Under the pieces are notes generated by a model. The model saw nothing but the letters and a program-made list of their open reading frames with translations, was not told the origin of the DNA and did not search any database. A stretch of 64,000 nucleotides of DNA from Podarcis pityusensis (lineage: Eukaryota). Both the position numbers and the translations under genes were made by a program. The stretch's first letter is position 1, and each line of letters opens with the position of its first letter. The stretch lies in the NCBI GenBank assembly GCA_964106645.2, contig OZ067039.1, one strand, 5' to 3'. This document shows, piece by piece, positions 51,398 through 64,000 of this stretch.

Positions 51398-52507
51398 CTA
51401 GGAATGTGTTGAGACATTTCAAAATTCCCTCCACCCCCACTACATGTCTAGGCCCTGCTTCCCCCCCACCCCACTTTGCCCACTGCCCTATGTCTGGCTG
51501 TCACAAGTTAGTGCTGTTGATGCTGCAATTCCTGCACCCACTTGCCCTGCTGTCCCAGTTGACTCATTTAAAAAGACTGTGTATTGTACATAGGAAAAGA
51601 AGACACTTGGTGGCAGTGACTAGCTGATGTCGCTGTACTGTTTGCTGCTGTCAGCAGCTGTTGACAGCTGCGTACTGCAAAAGTAGACTGTGCCTTCTGC
51701 TGTTTGCAGGCAGTGGAGAATGTGATTCTATGTCTTGCTTTAGATCCTTTCTATTACTGGAATTGGTCACAAAGTCATACTAGAAGCTCATATAAATACT
51801 TAGTTTCATGAAAAGAGGTTGCCGTTCACTGAAGTTTGGCAATTACTGAATACGTTACTGATTACCTCTGTGTGATTTACATGTTTGAATAAAATGCCAG
51901 TCTCTGTAGTGCTGTGTCTTGCTTTATAAGGGTGGTATTGGAGGGACTCACTGTACCACAAAACTTATCCGACAGGCAGTGTTTAAAGTTCCATTGAGCT
52001 GCCATGTTAAATAATTCCACATGGCTTCTTTTTTAACTGCTATCCGTGCACTCTGTTGCATGCATTTGCAGTTGTCGGAATTGATTGATTGTAGGGTGGG
52101 TCATAAGTTTCCAAAGTTGGGTGATCTTGAAAACATTTATAACATTAATCTTTAAAAGTAGGAGCATGTGATTAGCAAGGATTGTTTGTTCAGTGATTCT
52201 TTTTTTTAAGAAAAGGTGGGGGACAGAAGGAAGAAGATGGTTGTTTTCATAATATACATGCATCATCAAAGTCTTGCCAAACTTGTCAAAGATAGAACTT
52301 GAAGGACCTGTTTAAATTATGTTTGTCCTACGGGTAGGGCCCCCCCCCCTTTTTAAGGAAAAGCCAAAAGTTTTAATGTAGACTTGCTTTCAAAATCAAT
52401 GTAAAATTTGCTGTTTCAGTTGTGCTTGGGAATTTTCTGAAATGAAGACCAAAGCACCTGCAAAAACAGCCTGTTTTTTAGCTCGGATGGTCTCTTGCAT
52501 CCCTTAA

Positions 52508-52621
<114 letters not shown>

Positions 52622-53686
52622 TAAGGCTGCACACACCTGCTCTCCAAAATGAGTAATAAATCTCATTGTTCTTTTTATATATTTCCCAGCTTACTGCCCT
52701 TCCTTATGTTTAGATAAGCAAATATGTCAACTTCAGAACAAAAGACTGTGAAAGCGTTGCCGTTTTGTGCTTTGAAGATTCTGAAAGCTTACAATGCCAC
52801 ATGGAAAACATATTGGCTTGCCCTCTCATCATATTCAGCAAGGGCTTTTATAGATGTAGAAATTAAGAATCGCAAGATTCCAGGTGTTCCTGTGTAATAT
52901 CATAGACAATTGTGAAGCATGTACCGTATGTACTTGGCTCTGCCAAGAAAATCATTCTGGATCTCCCACAATAATTCTTTAAAAAGAACAACAAACATTT
53001 CTAAAGTCTTTAAAAGGTCCAAGTTAGCCTTCTGTTTGATTTTCCTTTGAGCAAAAGGGACAGGATGGAACTTGTGAGTTTGATACATGACAGGTCACTT
53101 GCCCACCATTACTTCCCACCTTGCCCACCTTCTACCACCACATTTCTTGCCAAGAATTCCAAAGCCTGCATTGCAGTCAGAATAACTTGCATGGACTTAA
53201 ATATGTTTTTTTCTAGTTTGTTTAATCCGTTTCAGACAAAGAGGCCATGTTTCCTTGATGTAGAAGTTGGATGTATTTATTTATTTATTTAAAATGAATG
53301 TTAATTTAAATTCATGATTAACAGCTTTCCATCTAAATTGAAGGTCAGACATTAAAAATGATAAATTATTATGTTCATTGTAAAAATTACATTACAAAAT
53401 AACATGCACACAAAAAAGAAAACTAAGTAGAAAGACGTTCTGGAGAAATAAATTTGTTCTAGTCTATCAGTTCCAGCACTTCCTGTCGTGCAGCATAGTT
53501 TAGTTCCAGTATCTGACAAAGGAACCTCACTGCTCTGCAATATTTAGTTTAAGCTCATTTTTTCTATCAGCTTATACATTAAGACAACATTCAAGTTGTA
53601 TATAAACAATACATTATTATTTAAGTTAACTACAGGATATACTACAAGTGCAGATAATATTGTTGGGATGCAGTTTAGTAGCATTT

Positions 53687-54121
53687 TGTCAGGGAACTGC
53701 CATCAGTGCTGGAGGGAGAGAGCAAAATCCAGAGGGATTCCAGAGAGCGTCCCGGGATCGGGAGAGGCAGCCCATCCTCTGGGGAAGAGAATCAGCGTAG
53801 CACCAGTGGAGAAGGGGGGCAGATGGGGGAAGCGGCGAGGCGGTCCCATGACTCCTTGCCGGGGACCAGCAGGGAGAGTAGAGGTCCTCCGCTGCCTACG
53901 CCCTCCTTGTGCAGAAGGCTTTCGCGCAGAGAGAGTAGGAGGCGACTAGACGTCAAAGAGCTTCTTTGCTGGAAGAAGTTTAAGAAACGCCCATTGACAG
54001 ATTCTGCCAGCGATTGAGACAGCCACGGGTGAGTGGCTGTCCGGACAGAAAAGGTTCACTCAGGCAATCCAGCCAGGTGTTTGCACTGGCTTACGCACGA
54101 GCAACCCCTAGAACCATTACA
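53687..54121. mobile_element. Solo LTR (435 bp), Gypsy or ERV class unresolved
   Basis: TGTCA...TTACA termini, perfect 5-bp TSD CATTT (53682-53686, 54122-54126), and a sharp GC/CpG-rich block in AT-rich flanks. Confidence 0.85.
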
Positions 54122-57100
54122 CATTTTTAGCTACTTTTACTGTATTTCTTTGATGAAAGTCCTCTCCTGCCCTCACCGTGCTTACTAGGCAGTTTTTAGA
54201 ATTGCTAGTTCTGCTGGTTCTGCAACAGGATGGTAGCACAATAAGCATAGTTTTATTTTTAAAAATTATAGTTGTAAACCACTTAGAAAAAGTATTAAAA
54301 AATTTAAATAATAACCACTATGTTAAGTGTTGTGCAGTACAGCAGCAATAACTAAGGGCAAATACCTAGTCTGTTTATGAGGAAAATGCAAGAATATTGA
54401 GAAGACTTCAAATGTTATAAAAACGTCGCATTCAAAAGGCTTATTGGAAAATGGGAATTGGCCTTATTAAAACATGGGTGAATCTCTTTCATGGCAGGCA
54501 TGTTTTAAACTCAGATCAAATTCTATATATAATTTTGTAAGACAAGTTATGTCGTTTTTAACAGCATCGCTTAATTTGTCACTGTGAACTCCCTACAGAA
54601 AATCTGTAGTTCCCAGCATGGACACAGTAAAAAAAACCCTACAGGTGGTTCCCCCCCCCCCATCTATGTCTGATAGATGAAATATATATAATATAAAAAT
54701 TGCAATTCCCATATTGTGAATTGCAGATTCTCCTAAGAGAGTTCACATTGACAAAGAAGGTCCATACGCAAAACGTTTTGCACCAAATACTGTTAATACA
54801 GAGTTGCGGGGGGGAGGGAGGGATTGGCCACGGCATGTTTTTAAAGGAAGCTACCACAGGATCACAATCAAACAGATTAGAACCGTTGTGGAAAAACAGG
54901 ACATCCTTGGGAAGATCCATTATCCCAGAGTGTCTAAGGGCATATCAGTCATTTTAACAACTTGGCTTGTCTCACAAACAGGAGCCAAAGCAGCCTAATA
55001 TGACAACAGCTAGAAGTGCTTGGGAAAATGCCCCTTCTGGCACCTTCTGGAACAGGGTTTTGCCCTACATTCTCTCCATATCCTAATACCACCACTTATC
55101 ACACTTAGTGATGGAGCTCCTTTGTATATTTCTATTTTTTTTGTTTCACTGTAATGTCTGACCTTTGTATTTTCTGAAAATAATTAGATGATTGGGTTTG
55201 CTATTTTTTATTAGACCTAGAAAAAAACACACTAAACATTATATATCTGAAATGCCCATTCTTTCATTCTGTATAAATTGTTACCAGTTTGTATTTCTTA
55301 CTTTTTCCCCTTCATGACAAATCATAAAGCAGGAATCAAACTTCTTATGATGTTTTACAAGAAGAATTCTGAAACATGTGTCACCTTTTGTGCATGCTCT
55401 CTGCTCCATGTATACATGCAAATAAAAGGCAGTATCCCATGGGGCTCCTGTTTGAACAGAAACTTAAAGCAACCTTGATTTCTGTTTGTATATCTGTTCA
55501 GTTTTGTATAGGATTGGATTCCAACTTAACGAAGGTTGGGGAGCACTACACCTTATTTGCAAACTTGAAGCTAAAGCCCGTATTCATAAACTATTCAACA
55601 AACAATTTTCAGATAGCATTTCCATGATTTGTGCCAAGGATTATTTATAACAAAATTATGTTTTCCCTTAGGCATCTGTGAACAGTTGGTCCTATTTATT
55701 TCTGTGTTTTATCCATCATCTTTGGAGGATTGAAAAAAAAGTGATGGATGAAATTACATGAAAATTGAAACAAAATAGTAAAGCAAGCCCTGGGGGTAAA
55801 CTCACTCTCATTGTAAATAGAGTACTTTGGTAAACTTGTTCTGATTTGTTCTGTAAGATGGTGCTAATTACAGATTTCTAAGTTCAGTTAATTTTATTTT
55901 AAAAACATCATGGGGAATATTCTAATGAGAACATCTGTTGAGCACACAGTGAGCCAAAAACTAGGCTGAGCCAAAATTCAATTGAATGGAGGTATCTTGA
56001 ATTTGCTTAGGTCAGTGTGTGTGTAAACTTTAAACTCCTCCTCCTTTCTCACCCCCAAGTAAAATTAAAGTTTCCCCCCCACATCTGTGCTGTATTCAGA
56101 GCAGCGCCGTACTTTACGTGAAAAACCTGTTCGATATATACAACAGTGTTTCCCACAGAAAATACTAGAGGGCATAAAGGGTACAGAATTCCCATGTTGG
56201 GCCAGAGTGATATGAACACAAGTGTTTAAGTGCACGTCTGTTTGTCCACAGTTCACCTATTTGCTGTGGTAAACATTGGTATGTACATAGGATTGGGTTT
56301 TCCATATAAAAAAATTTCTCAGCGTTTTTGTATCCTAAACGCTATTTGACTATGTTTATCACCAGCACAGAGGAAGAACAAACAATCATTTAGGTTAAAT
56401 AATCAGTGACACAAGTTTCCAGAGGCATACATTTAAGTCATGGCGATTTCATTTGGTCAAAACCATATTCACCAAACTTGAAACTTTATTATACTCTTTT
56501 CTCTGCCCTTTGTGGTCATTGTGGGGACTCCAAGGCAATCACTCATCGATCTATCTATCCAACTGTCAACACCTAATTTAATGTTCTTTAAAGTGTCACT
56601 TAACCTTGAATGATGTTGGCCTAAGTCCTTATAGACTTCAAGCTAGATGTCAACTGGCATTATTTCTTCAGCTGGCCAAAACAATGCACTTTGAGAGCTG
56701 CAATCTTCTGCTACGTATTTTCCCAGGGTTCAAACTTTTCTAGTTAAACTGAGTGTTAATCAAAACAGCAGAAAAATGGGCAAATTGTATTTAAAAGGCT
56801 GGTGTCTTACACCATTCCAAAAATATTTGGGGCATGTAAAAAGAGTTCTGGAGCATCTTCAAGAGCGTTCTTGTTTTGATGATACATTTGACTCATATCA
56901 AATTTAATTTTTGGTCTATTCTATTCTCATCATCTTAATTTAACCCATTGGTGCAATAAATCTTGAAGTCACCTACTCACAGAGGAAATGCTCTTTTACA
57001 CAAATTTTACACAGGCTACTTAACAGCAAAAACCATTGCCAGCAAAGCTGGTAACTAAAAATCATGGATGTACAGAAGATCTGCAGCTGACTTCTTATAT

Positions 57101-58159
57101 ATCTTTTGATTCTATCTTCAAATCAGCAAACAATGGGCCCTTTGCTGTGGGCTTACTTCCTCCAGATTTTCATCTTTATTCATCTCCTTTAGAGATTTCT
57201 GGATACCTTTTTATTAAGAAAAAAAAACCCTCCAGTTTTAGGGAACTCCCTTTTAGGTATTTTTCCTTCCTTTCACTTTGCTTTGGTTGTATTTCTATAG
57301 GATTTTATTGATACATGTAAAGGGTATTGCTCATATGTACTTTATCTGAGCAAAGCCAATTCAAATAAGCTATATCAACCCAAAGATTGAAATAGCCCAG
57401 TCTGCATTTCCCTGTTGTGACAGTTTTCAAGGTCTTCAATCTAGATATTCCTTCCTCCTCACAAAACTTCAGTTCTCTTTCAGTGTGAATGATTCTGAAA
57501 ACAGCTATAGCTTGTTTATATAGCCAAATGCCCAGGAAGCATTCTGCGATTTGGGTGTTTTTACTTACGCTCCAAATCTAGCCCTGCTGTGTATGGGTTG
57601 CAACTAACAAAGTCATTGTGTGAGCAGAATGACTTCAGCTTACACACCATAACGTCCCCTTTTTCTCCATCTTTCCACCACCCCTCAAACATGCCTGTTG
57701 CTCTCTCCCAGATCTGCTCTGGGGTTTACGCCAGCCTTCCTGGAGGCAACTCAGCAGCCAGAGCATTAACAAGAGCAGGAAGGTGTGAACACACAACACT
57801 GCTTCTAGCTGCCAGTTTTTAAATGATTGTTTAATTTAAAGTGTTTCTTTTGACCTTACAAAGCCCTATGCAGCCCATGACCCTACTACCTAAAGGGCCA
57901 CTTCTTCCCATATGAAAGACAGACACAGGCCTTCTCTATAGAAACTCCCTTCTCTAGAAAACTCTCCATGATAAAAGAAAGGCATGCCTGGCACCAACTT
58001 CACTCTAATTATGCAGTAGATAAAAATGTTTTTATTCATTCCAGTCATTCCGGACAGCTTTATGATACTGATGCTGCAGTTCTTCAATCCGGGCTTTACT
58101 GTGTGTTTTTATAAATGTTACTGCACTGAGACTGCTCATTGTTATAACATGTTTTATTG

Positions 58160-58164
<5 letters not shown>

Positions 58165-58200
<36 letters not shown>
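58165..58200. repeat. (GA)n microsatellite
   Basis: Perfect dinucleotide run. Confidence 0.98.
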
Positions 58201-58204
<4 letters not shown>

Positions 58205-59594
58205 CACTTGGAGACTTTTTAGTATTATGTGATTTTTTTAAAAAAATCACTACTAAGGCCCTGCTCCACACAAGGAAACGAGGAATGAGAGGGTGGACAG
58301 CAAAGCAAGGTCAAGTAAAAATTAAGAGATTTAAAAACTATTAAGCAATTTATCAATGCTTTTAAATAAAGGAAGTTCTTAAAGTTACAGTTCTTAAAAC
58401 ATAGTTTTACAAGGTCTGCCTCTGCAGATTCTGACTGTATAGAATAGCAGCAACTTCACGGTGGTGGTGGCAGTTCTGCTTGTCTTGCACTCCCTATAGG
58501 TACCCCCTTCTCCCCCACCCTGCCCATCAGATCCAGGAGCAGAGCAGTTGACAGTGCCCAGGCCAGGAGGACAGGGCAGCTCCTGCCCCACAGTCAGAAA
58601 GCTGACTTGATGATGGTAAAAGAAATCAGAGTAAACACAGCATTCTCCTTTGCACTTATCCATCATTTCAACATGCCTATATGTCTCCTTTCACCTGTCA
58701 CACACTTCAAAATTCCTGTTGGGGGAAAACCAACAACTTGATTCCTTTGTTGTTATATTTTGACTTATTTGGCAATAACAAAAGTTAAAACTTTCTCAAA
58801 TCAGACGTTTTCGAAAGATGCACACCCTACATTCTAACCGTAACAGAAGCCCTTATTTGTAGTTAAATTATGATGTATTACATTTTTGTGCATTTTGTTA
58901 TAATATAATCTGAGCCTTTTCACACTTAATAAGGGACCAGTGCTCTAAACCATGTTAGGTTGAAGGTTATCATCTTAAATTGACTCTCATACTATCCAAA
59001 AACCAGGAAAGCTTAGTTGTTGCTCTTCATTTCGTTTCATGATCTGCATTGGTTTCATTTGCTATATTAGGCACTTATAGGAAGCTCCTTCAGGATAGAA
59101 GAACAATTCAACAAGAAAATAACAATTAATGGTAAAATCTGATATTTTTTGCCTGCCAGTGGAACTGACATCATTGGCAGAATGAACTCCCCCAAATTTA
59201 GTCTTATTTATATATTTTAAAAATTGTATATTGCTATAGCATGAAAAATATTAAAGTGGTTTACAGCAAATTATCAGTAGAAAAGACTTTATGACCTGAA
59301 AGTAGAGACAATGCACTTACTTTTGTAACCCAAGAAAATCTTTAATAATAATTGTGTTTTTAAGTGGTTTACAGCTATAAAAACAAAACAGTGCAATAAT
59401 ACAATAAAGCCATCAAAAAGTTAAAAACATATCTCAATTAATCATTGTGGAAGGGTGTACTCTTAATTGCCTGCATAGACCTGGAGGAATAGAAAAGTCT
59501 GTTGGTGGAGTACTCCACAGGACTGAACCAATGACACTGAAGGGATGCCCTTGAGCTGAGTTCTTAAATGCATGTGAATTCACAAAAGACTGTA

Positions 59595-59785
59595 GTAGAG
59601 CGGTAGAGCAGTAGAGTTCTTCTTTGCATGCAAAAGGTTCCAACTTCAATCCCCAGCATCTAAAGGTAGGGTTTGAAGATACTATTGTCTGAAATCTTAG
59701 AGAGCCGCCACTGGTCAGTGTGGACATTACTGAGCAACAAGGACCAGTGTTCTGATTCAATATGATGCAGCTTCTTACGTTTCAA
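59595..59785 (+). mobile_element. Old tRNA-derived SINE
   Basis: gtagag...ctttgcatgcaaaaggttccaacttcaatccccagcatct...gcagcttcttacgtttc. Same family as 32423-32586. Confidence 0.7.
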
Positions 59786-61574
59786 ATATTACTGGTTTCT
59801 TAAAAATTTGTTACTGGATAACTGGCTCAGAACTGAAGTTGCAAATGCTTTTGTTTAACGTGATGTGGGGAGGAAGAGATGTTCCCGTTTGAAAACAACA
59901 TAGTTCTAAAGCGACACCACAGCAGTGTTCTTTTCAAATAATGTTTATCCTGGAGGTATGCAACTTTTAATATAACTGTATGAAAACAAGTGTGTTCTTT
60001 CCTGCTGAGTTCCTTTTCTTCCATGCATTTCCTCTGAAGAGTGGGAAGCTGGCATTGCCTGAGTGTTGTAAGCAAGAAATTTTAATAAGGCTGTTTTATA
60101 TTTTGACATGTCCAATTACTCGTGAAAATGTTGCCCTTGCATTTTAAGCAGCAGGACGCTTATTCACTCCCCTGCTTCAGATAGCTACATTTACAGGCAA
60201 TGAAGGAAAAATCCTTAAGGCTAGAACACAGTTTAAAGAGAATAAAACCCACATCAAAGGATGAACTAATGGATTGCTGTAATGCTTACTATCTTGCTTT
60301 CCCAAAGGGAATAGGAATGGCAGTAGCTATGTATCCATACACAGTGTTGATTACATCCTTTATGGTCAATGAGAGTTCCTGTTTTATGTTCATAAACAGA
60401 ACCTGATAACTGTTTTTAAGATACATGTGTGTGGCTGGGTGTGGATTTGTGTTTGTATGTGTATTTCTTTGATTCCCCATGCAAGATACAAAATTATTGC
60501 ACTTTAAATGGAAACGGCAGTAGTTGCCAGCTACTCAGCTCACTGTTGGTTGTGCTGTGTGAAAAAACTCTGCAGCAGCACAGTAGAGACATTCCTTTAT
60601 AAGCAGTTCTGTTTGTTAAATAGAAATCCCGCGGAAACATTTGACCCCTCACGCCTTGCTGCTTTTCAATTCAGCTGTGAGGCCTTTGCCATGGAATTAT
60701 TTATCAGGGCCTTTACTGCATGTGGGACAGTTGATAAATTTGAGTGCATTGTGCATCACATCACGTTAGGAAACATCCCAGATGCTCATGTATAAGCCAG
60801 GAGTCATGGTGCATTTGAGTAAATAGCCCTCCATCTGCTTCTGAGGACCACTGCTGAGTAGCGATATGCACTCCTAATGGAGTTGTCTTAGCCTCCTGTG
60901 TCAGCTGCGCAGTAGGAGGTAGGGCCCAGTTCATTTGAAGGAGTACAGCAATTGTATACTATAATCCTTCTGATTATGACCTCCAATATGAACAGACCTT
61001 TGGGGATGTACCATTTATGCCAATTCCATTTTTTTCTTTTAAAAAAAGAAATAATGGCAGATAACGTCCTTTTCTTCTGAACTAGCCATGGGGAAGTATA
61101 GTCTGTTGTGGCACAAAACCAAAATAATTAGCTAGTATGGTAGACATGCAAATACCCAGTGGCCTTGATATCCAAGCCCCTTGCAAATCTAATCTGGATG
61201 AACATACATCTGTGGTGAAAGTGTATGGGAGTAGAAAGGCACAGAGTACTGGCAGAACATTTCATTTATACTTGTTAGCTTAGATTACTATATAGTTCCG
61301 TAGGATTTTCAGCAAAACACACTGCCCACTTTTATTGCTGAAACACAGTCACTAAACAATTCAGTTTTCCAGAAAGTCAAGTCCTAATAATTACAGAGGC
61401 AAACCTTCCCCCCAGATGGTTGAGCTGTTTCTTAAATGCAGTATGTGACAATTTGTCACCAGGAGGTCCTCCTAGGGATAGTGAAACACTTCAGTTGAAC
61501 TGTCTGTGTTTTCAGCACCGGGGAGAATTCCGAGTGGCAAGAAAGACTGTTGCCTGCAATATCCCCAGGATATA

Positions 61575-61929
61575 CAGTGGTACCTCGCAAGACGAATGCC
61601 TCGCAAGACAAAAAACTCGCTAGATGAAAGGGTTTTTTGTTTTTTGAGCTGCTTCGCAAGACGATTTTCGCTATGGGCTTGCTTCGCAAGACGGAAACGT
61701 CTTGCAAGTTTGTTTCCTTTTTCTTAACACCGTTAATACAGTTGCGACTTGACTTCGAGGAGCAACTCATAGAACGCGGTGTGGTAGCCTTTTTTGAGGT
61801 TTTTAAAGACTTTGGTGATTTTTGAAGCTTTTCCAAAACTTTCCCGACACCGTGCTTCGCAAGACGAAAAAAATCGCAAGACGACAAAACTCGCGGAACG
61901 AATTAATTTCGTCTTGCGAGGCACCACTG
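61575..61929. mobile_element. Tc1/mariner (Tigger/pogo-like) MITE, distinct family
   Basis: 22-bp TIRs CAGTGGTACCTCGCAAGACGAA / TTCGTCTTGCGAGGCACCACTG (one mismatch), TA TSD, multiple internal TCGCAAGAC motifs, CpG-rich. Confidence 0.92.
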
Positions 61930-63738
61930 TATCCTGTAAGTGGGTTTTGGGAGCCTCCAAGAAGAACTGAAGACTAGAGCCAAGGAAATAGGGATAAGCA
62001 ACTAGGATAAGCTGTCTCATTTGAACATTGTCTTTATTTCTGTCCTTGTTCATAGCTGCCCATATAAATCTGCCTATATGCATTGTTCAGATGAGAATGT
62101 AGGTGTGTTGCTACTGCAGAGGTGTATATCTAAAAGCAGCGTGTAACTAATAGTGGGAAAAACACATCAAGAGTGATGTTTCTTATGGGCTACCAGATTA
62201 TTTTTTATAAAGAATATATCCACCCTGCCTTGTGAAGCAATACATCTTGCCTCTGGGATAAGCCTGCCATTTTCTCAGTGTTTAGCCCTTATGGAGTCTG
62301 TCAAATTTATTCAGATTTGTGTTTGTACATTTTGTTTTAAGACAATCCAACTCCCTAGCACTCAGTTCTGTTTTTAATAGTGGGGCCTTATCTTACTTAA
62401 CCACAGCAGCCCCGTTATTCAACATGTGCCAAGTAGTTTCAGAAATGACACCACTCAGCAAGTCCATTACCGAACTGCCAGGGATAGTAAATGGCTTGCA
62501 CCTTGAGTTCTGTTTACAGTAAGTCACGTAAAAAGTGCATTTCTTCTATAAATGGTTGAGTTTATAAGGCCTTTAAACAAGGGACAGCTTACACATTATC
62601 AACTTGGCAAGTCAGATACCAGAGCTTACACTTTAATTAGGCATTGCTAGAATAGCCGTTGCTGCACAGTTTGCATTCCAGAGGCTAAGATACACAAAGA
62701 GCCCTCTCACACATTTTATTGGAATCTTCTTGATAAAGTCACAGTGAATATTGTGCTATAAATCCTGCTGAAAGGGGACCCTGGGCCTTTTCCTGTCCGT
62801 GCAGTGGAATTTGGGTTTTAACTTATTTGCTCGTTTGCCTTCATTATGAATTTCTAATGGCCTGCTCAGTTCAAGGTTTTCTGCATAAGAATTTAAGAGG
62901 GTCTGCAGCTATTACTATGAACCTGAAGATGGTGATAGGCCAGCCTTTGGCTTCAAAAGTTAGTGTGCTGTATGCAGACACTATTAGAACCTAACTGGAA
63001 AAGGGTAGCAGAGGAAGCAAAACTATTGGGAAGCAGAAAGAAGCATTCAAACCCAAAACAATAATGTATTGGTATTTTTATACATTTAAAACAGATGATG
63101 GGCAGCTTTGAATATTATAATATTACAGTAACAAGTGGGGCCTGCTATACAATTTCTTGGTGAAGTGCTTCTGTTCCTTGTTTCAGCCAAGCAGCTATGA
63201 TTTTTCCATTCACCCTCCTTTTTTTCTCTCTCTCCAGCAGTCAAGTCAGCATTTTTTACTTCCTAAGTCCACTCAGTTACCATCGGCCTATTTTAGAGAT
63301 CGTCTCCCTCACCCCGATTCGGGGAGGTTTTTTTCATTTAAAAAATAAACCCCACAATGTGTACTTCTGCAAGTCTTGGTCTTCCCACTGTAATTTCCCT
63401 CATGTGTATGGATGGTACCATTTTGGCCACATAAGGATAGGCAGTCAGAGAATGCATTTGCAAATAGTATATGTAGGATGTTAGGTTAGTAATAATGGAT
63501 GAAGATAAGGCTGGCATATGCATGCTGCCAGAGAATATCCTTGGCAGCAGAAAGCAGCATGCAGCCTGGGGCCTGAGAGGGAAGAGAATTGGCCTTTGGC
63601 AGACTCCCCCCACCCTACCCCAAGGAATCCTTTTGGCAGGGAGGGGAAACTTCCTTTTGACACAAAAGGGGTGAAGTAAAATTGACCTTCTGAGAAACTT
63701 CAGAACCATTTGCACTCAGATCTTATTTCAATACAGTA

Positions 63739-63963
63739 CAGTGGTACCTCAGGTTACATATGCTTCAGGTTACATACGCTTCAGGTTACAGACTCTGCTA
63801 ACCCAGAAATAGTGCTTCAGGTTAAGAACTTTGCTTCAGGATGAGAACAGAAATCATGCTCCGGCGGCGCGGCAGCAGCAGGAGGCCCCATTAGCTAAAG
63901 CGGTGCTTCAGGTTAAGAACGGACTTCCGGAACAAATTAAGTACTTAACCCGAGGTACCACTG
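63739..63963 (+). mobile_element. Tc1/mariner (Tigger/pogo-like) MITE
   Basis: TA-CAGTGGTACCTCAGGTTA...TAACCCGAGGTACCACTG-TA. Same family and orientation as 5339-5580. Confidence 0.92.
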
Positions 63964-64000
63964 TAATGCAATCAAACTCAGCTTTAAGTAAAATGGGTTG

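Noticed and set aside
61575-61929. Spaced TCGCAAGACG repeats as a CRISPR-like array
   Set aside because: Repeats are ~10 bp, irregularly spaced, in both orientations and enclosed by TIRs with a TA TSD. No cas genes, and the context is eukaryotic.

Overview
Eukaryotic, AT-rich vertebrate DNA, most likely from a lacertid-type lizard (Sauria SINEs and other squamate repeats). The window lies inside the COX10 gene (protoheme IX farnesyltransferase / heme O synthase, UbiA family) on the + strand. Only two coding exons are present: 3830-3954 (125 bp) and 52550-52620 (71 bp), equivalent to human exons 4 and 5, separated by a 48,595-bp GT-AG intron. The rest is intronic and holds SINEs, decayed L2 and Rex1/Babar LINE fragments, Tc1/mariner-pogo and hAT MITEs, one solo LTR, microsatellites and several repeat-free blocks that look like conserved non-coding elements. 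Nearly all ORF-track entries are spurious, and the track misses exon 5. I found no convincing undescribed biological system. The best leads are a three-layer nested insertion at 5.1-5.8 kb, inverted MITE copies able to pair across the intron and exon 5, a young solo LTR beside exon 5, a 5S-derived SINE, a candidate poison exon and candidate enhancers. Repeat family names come from recall of consensus sequences, not from a database search.
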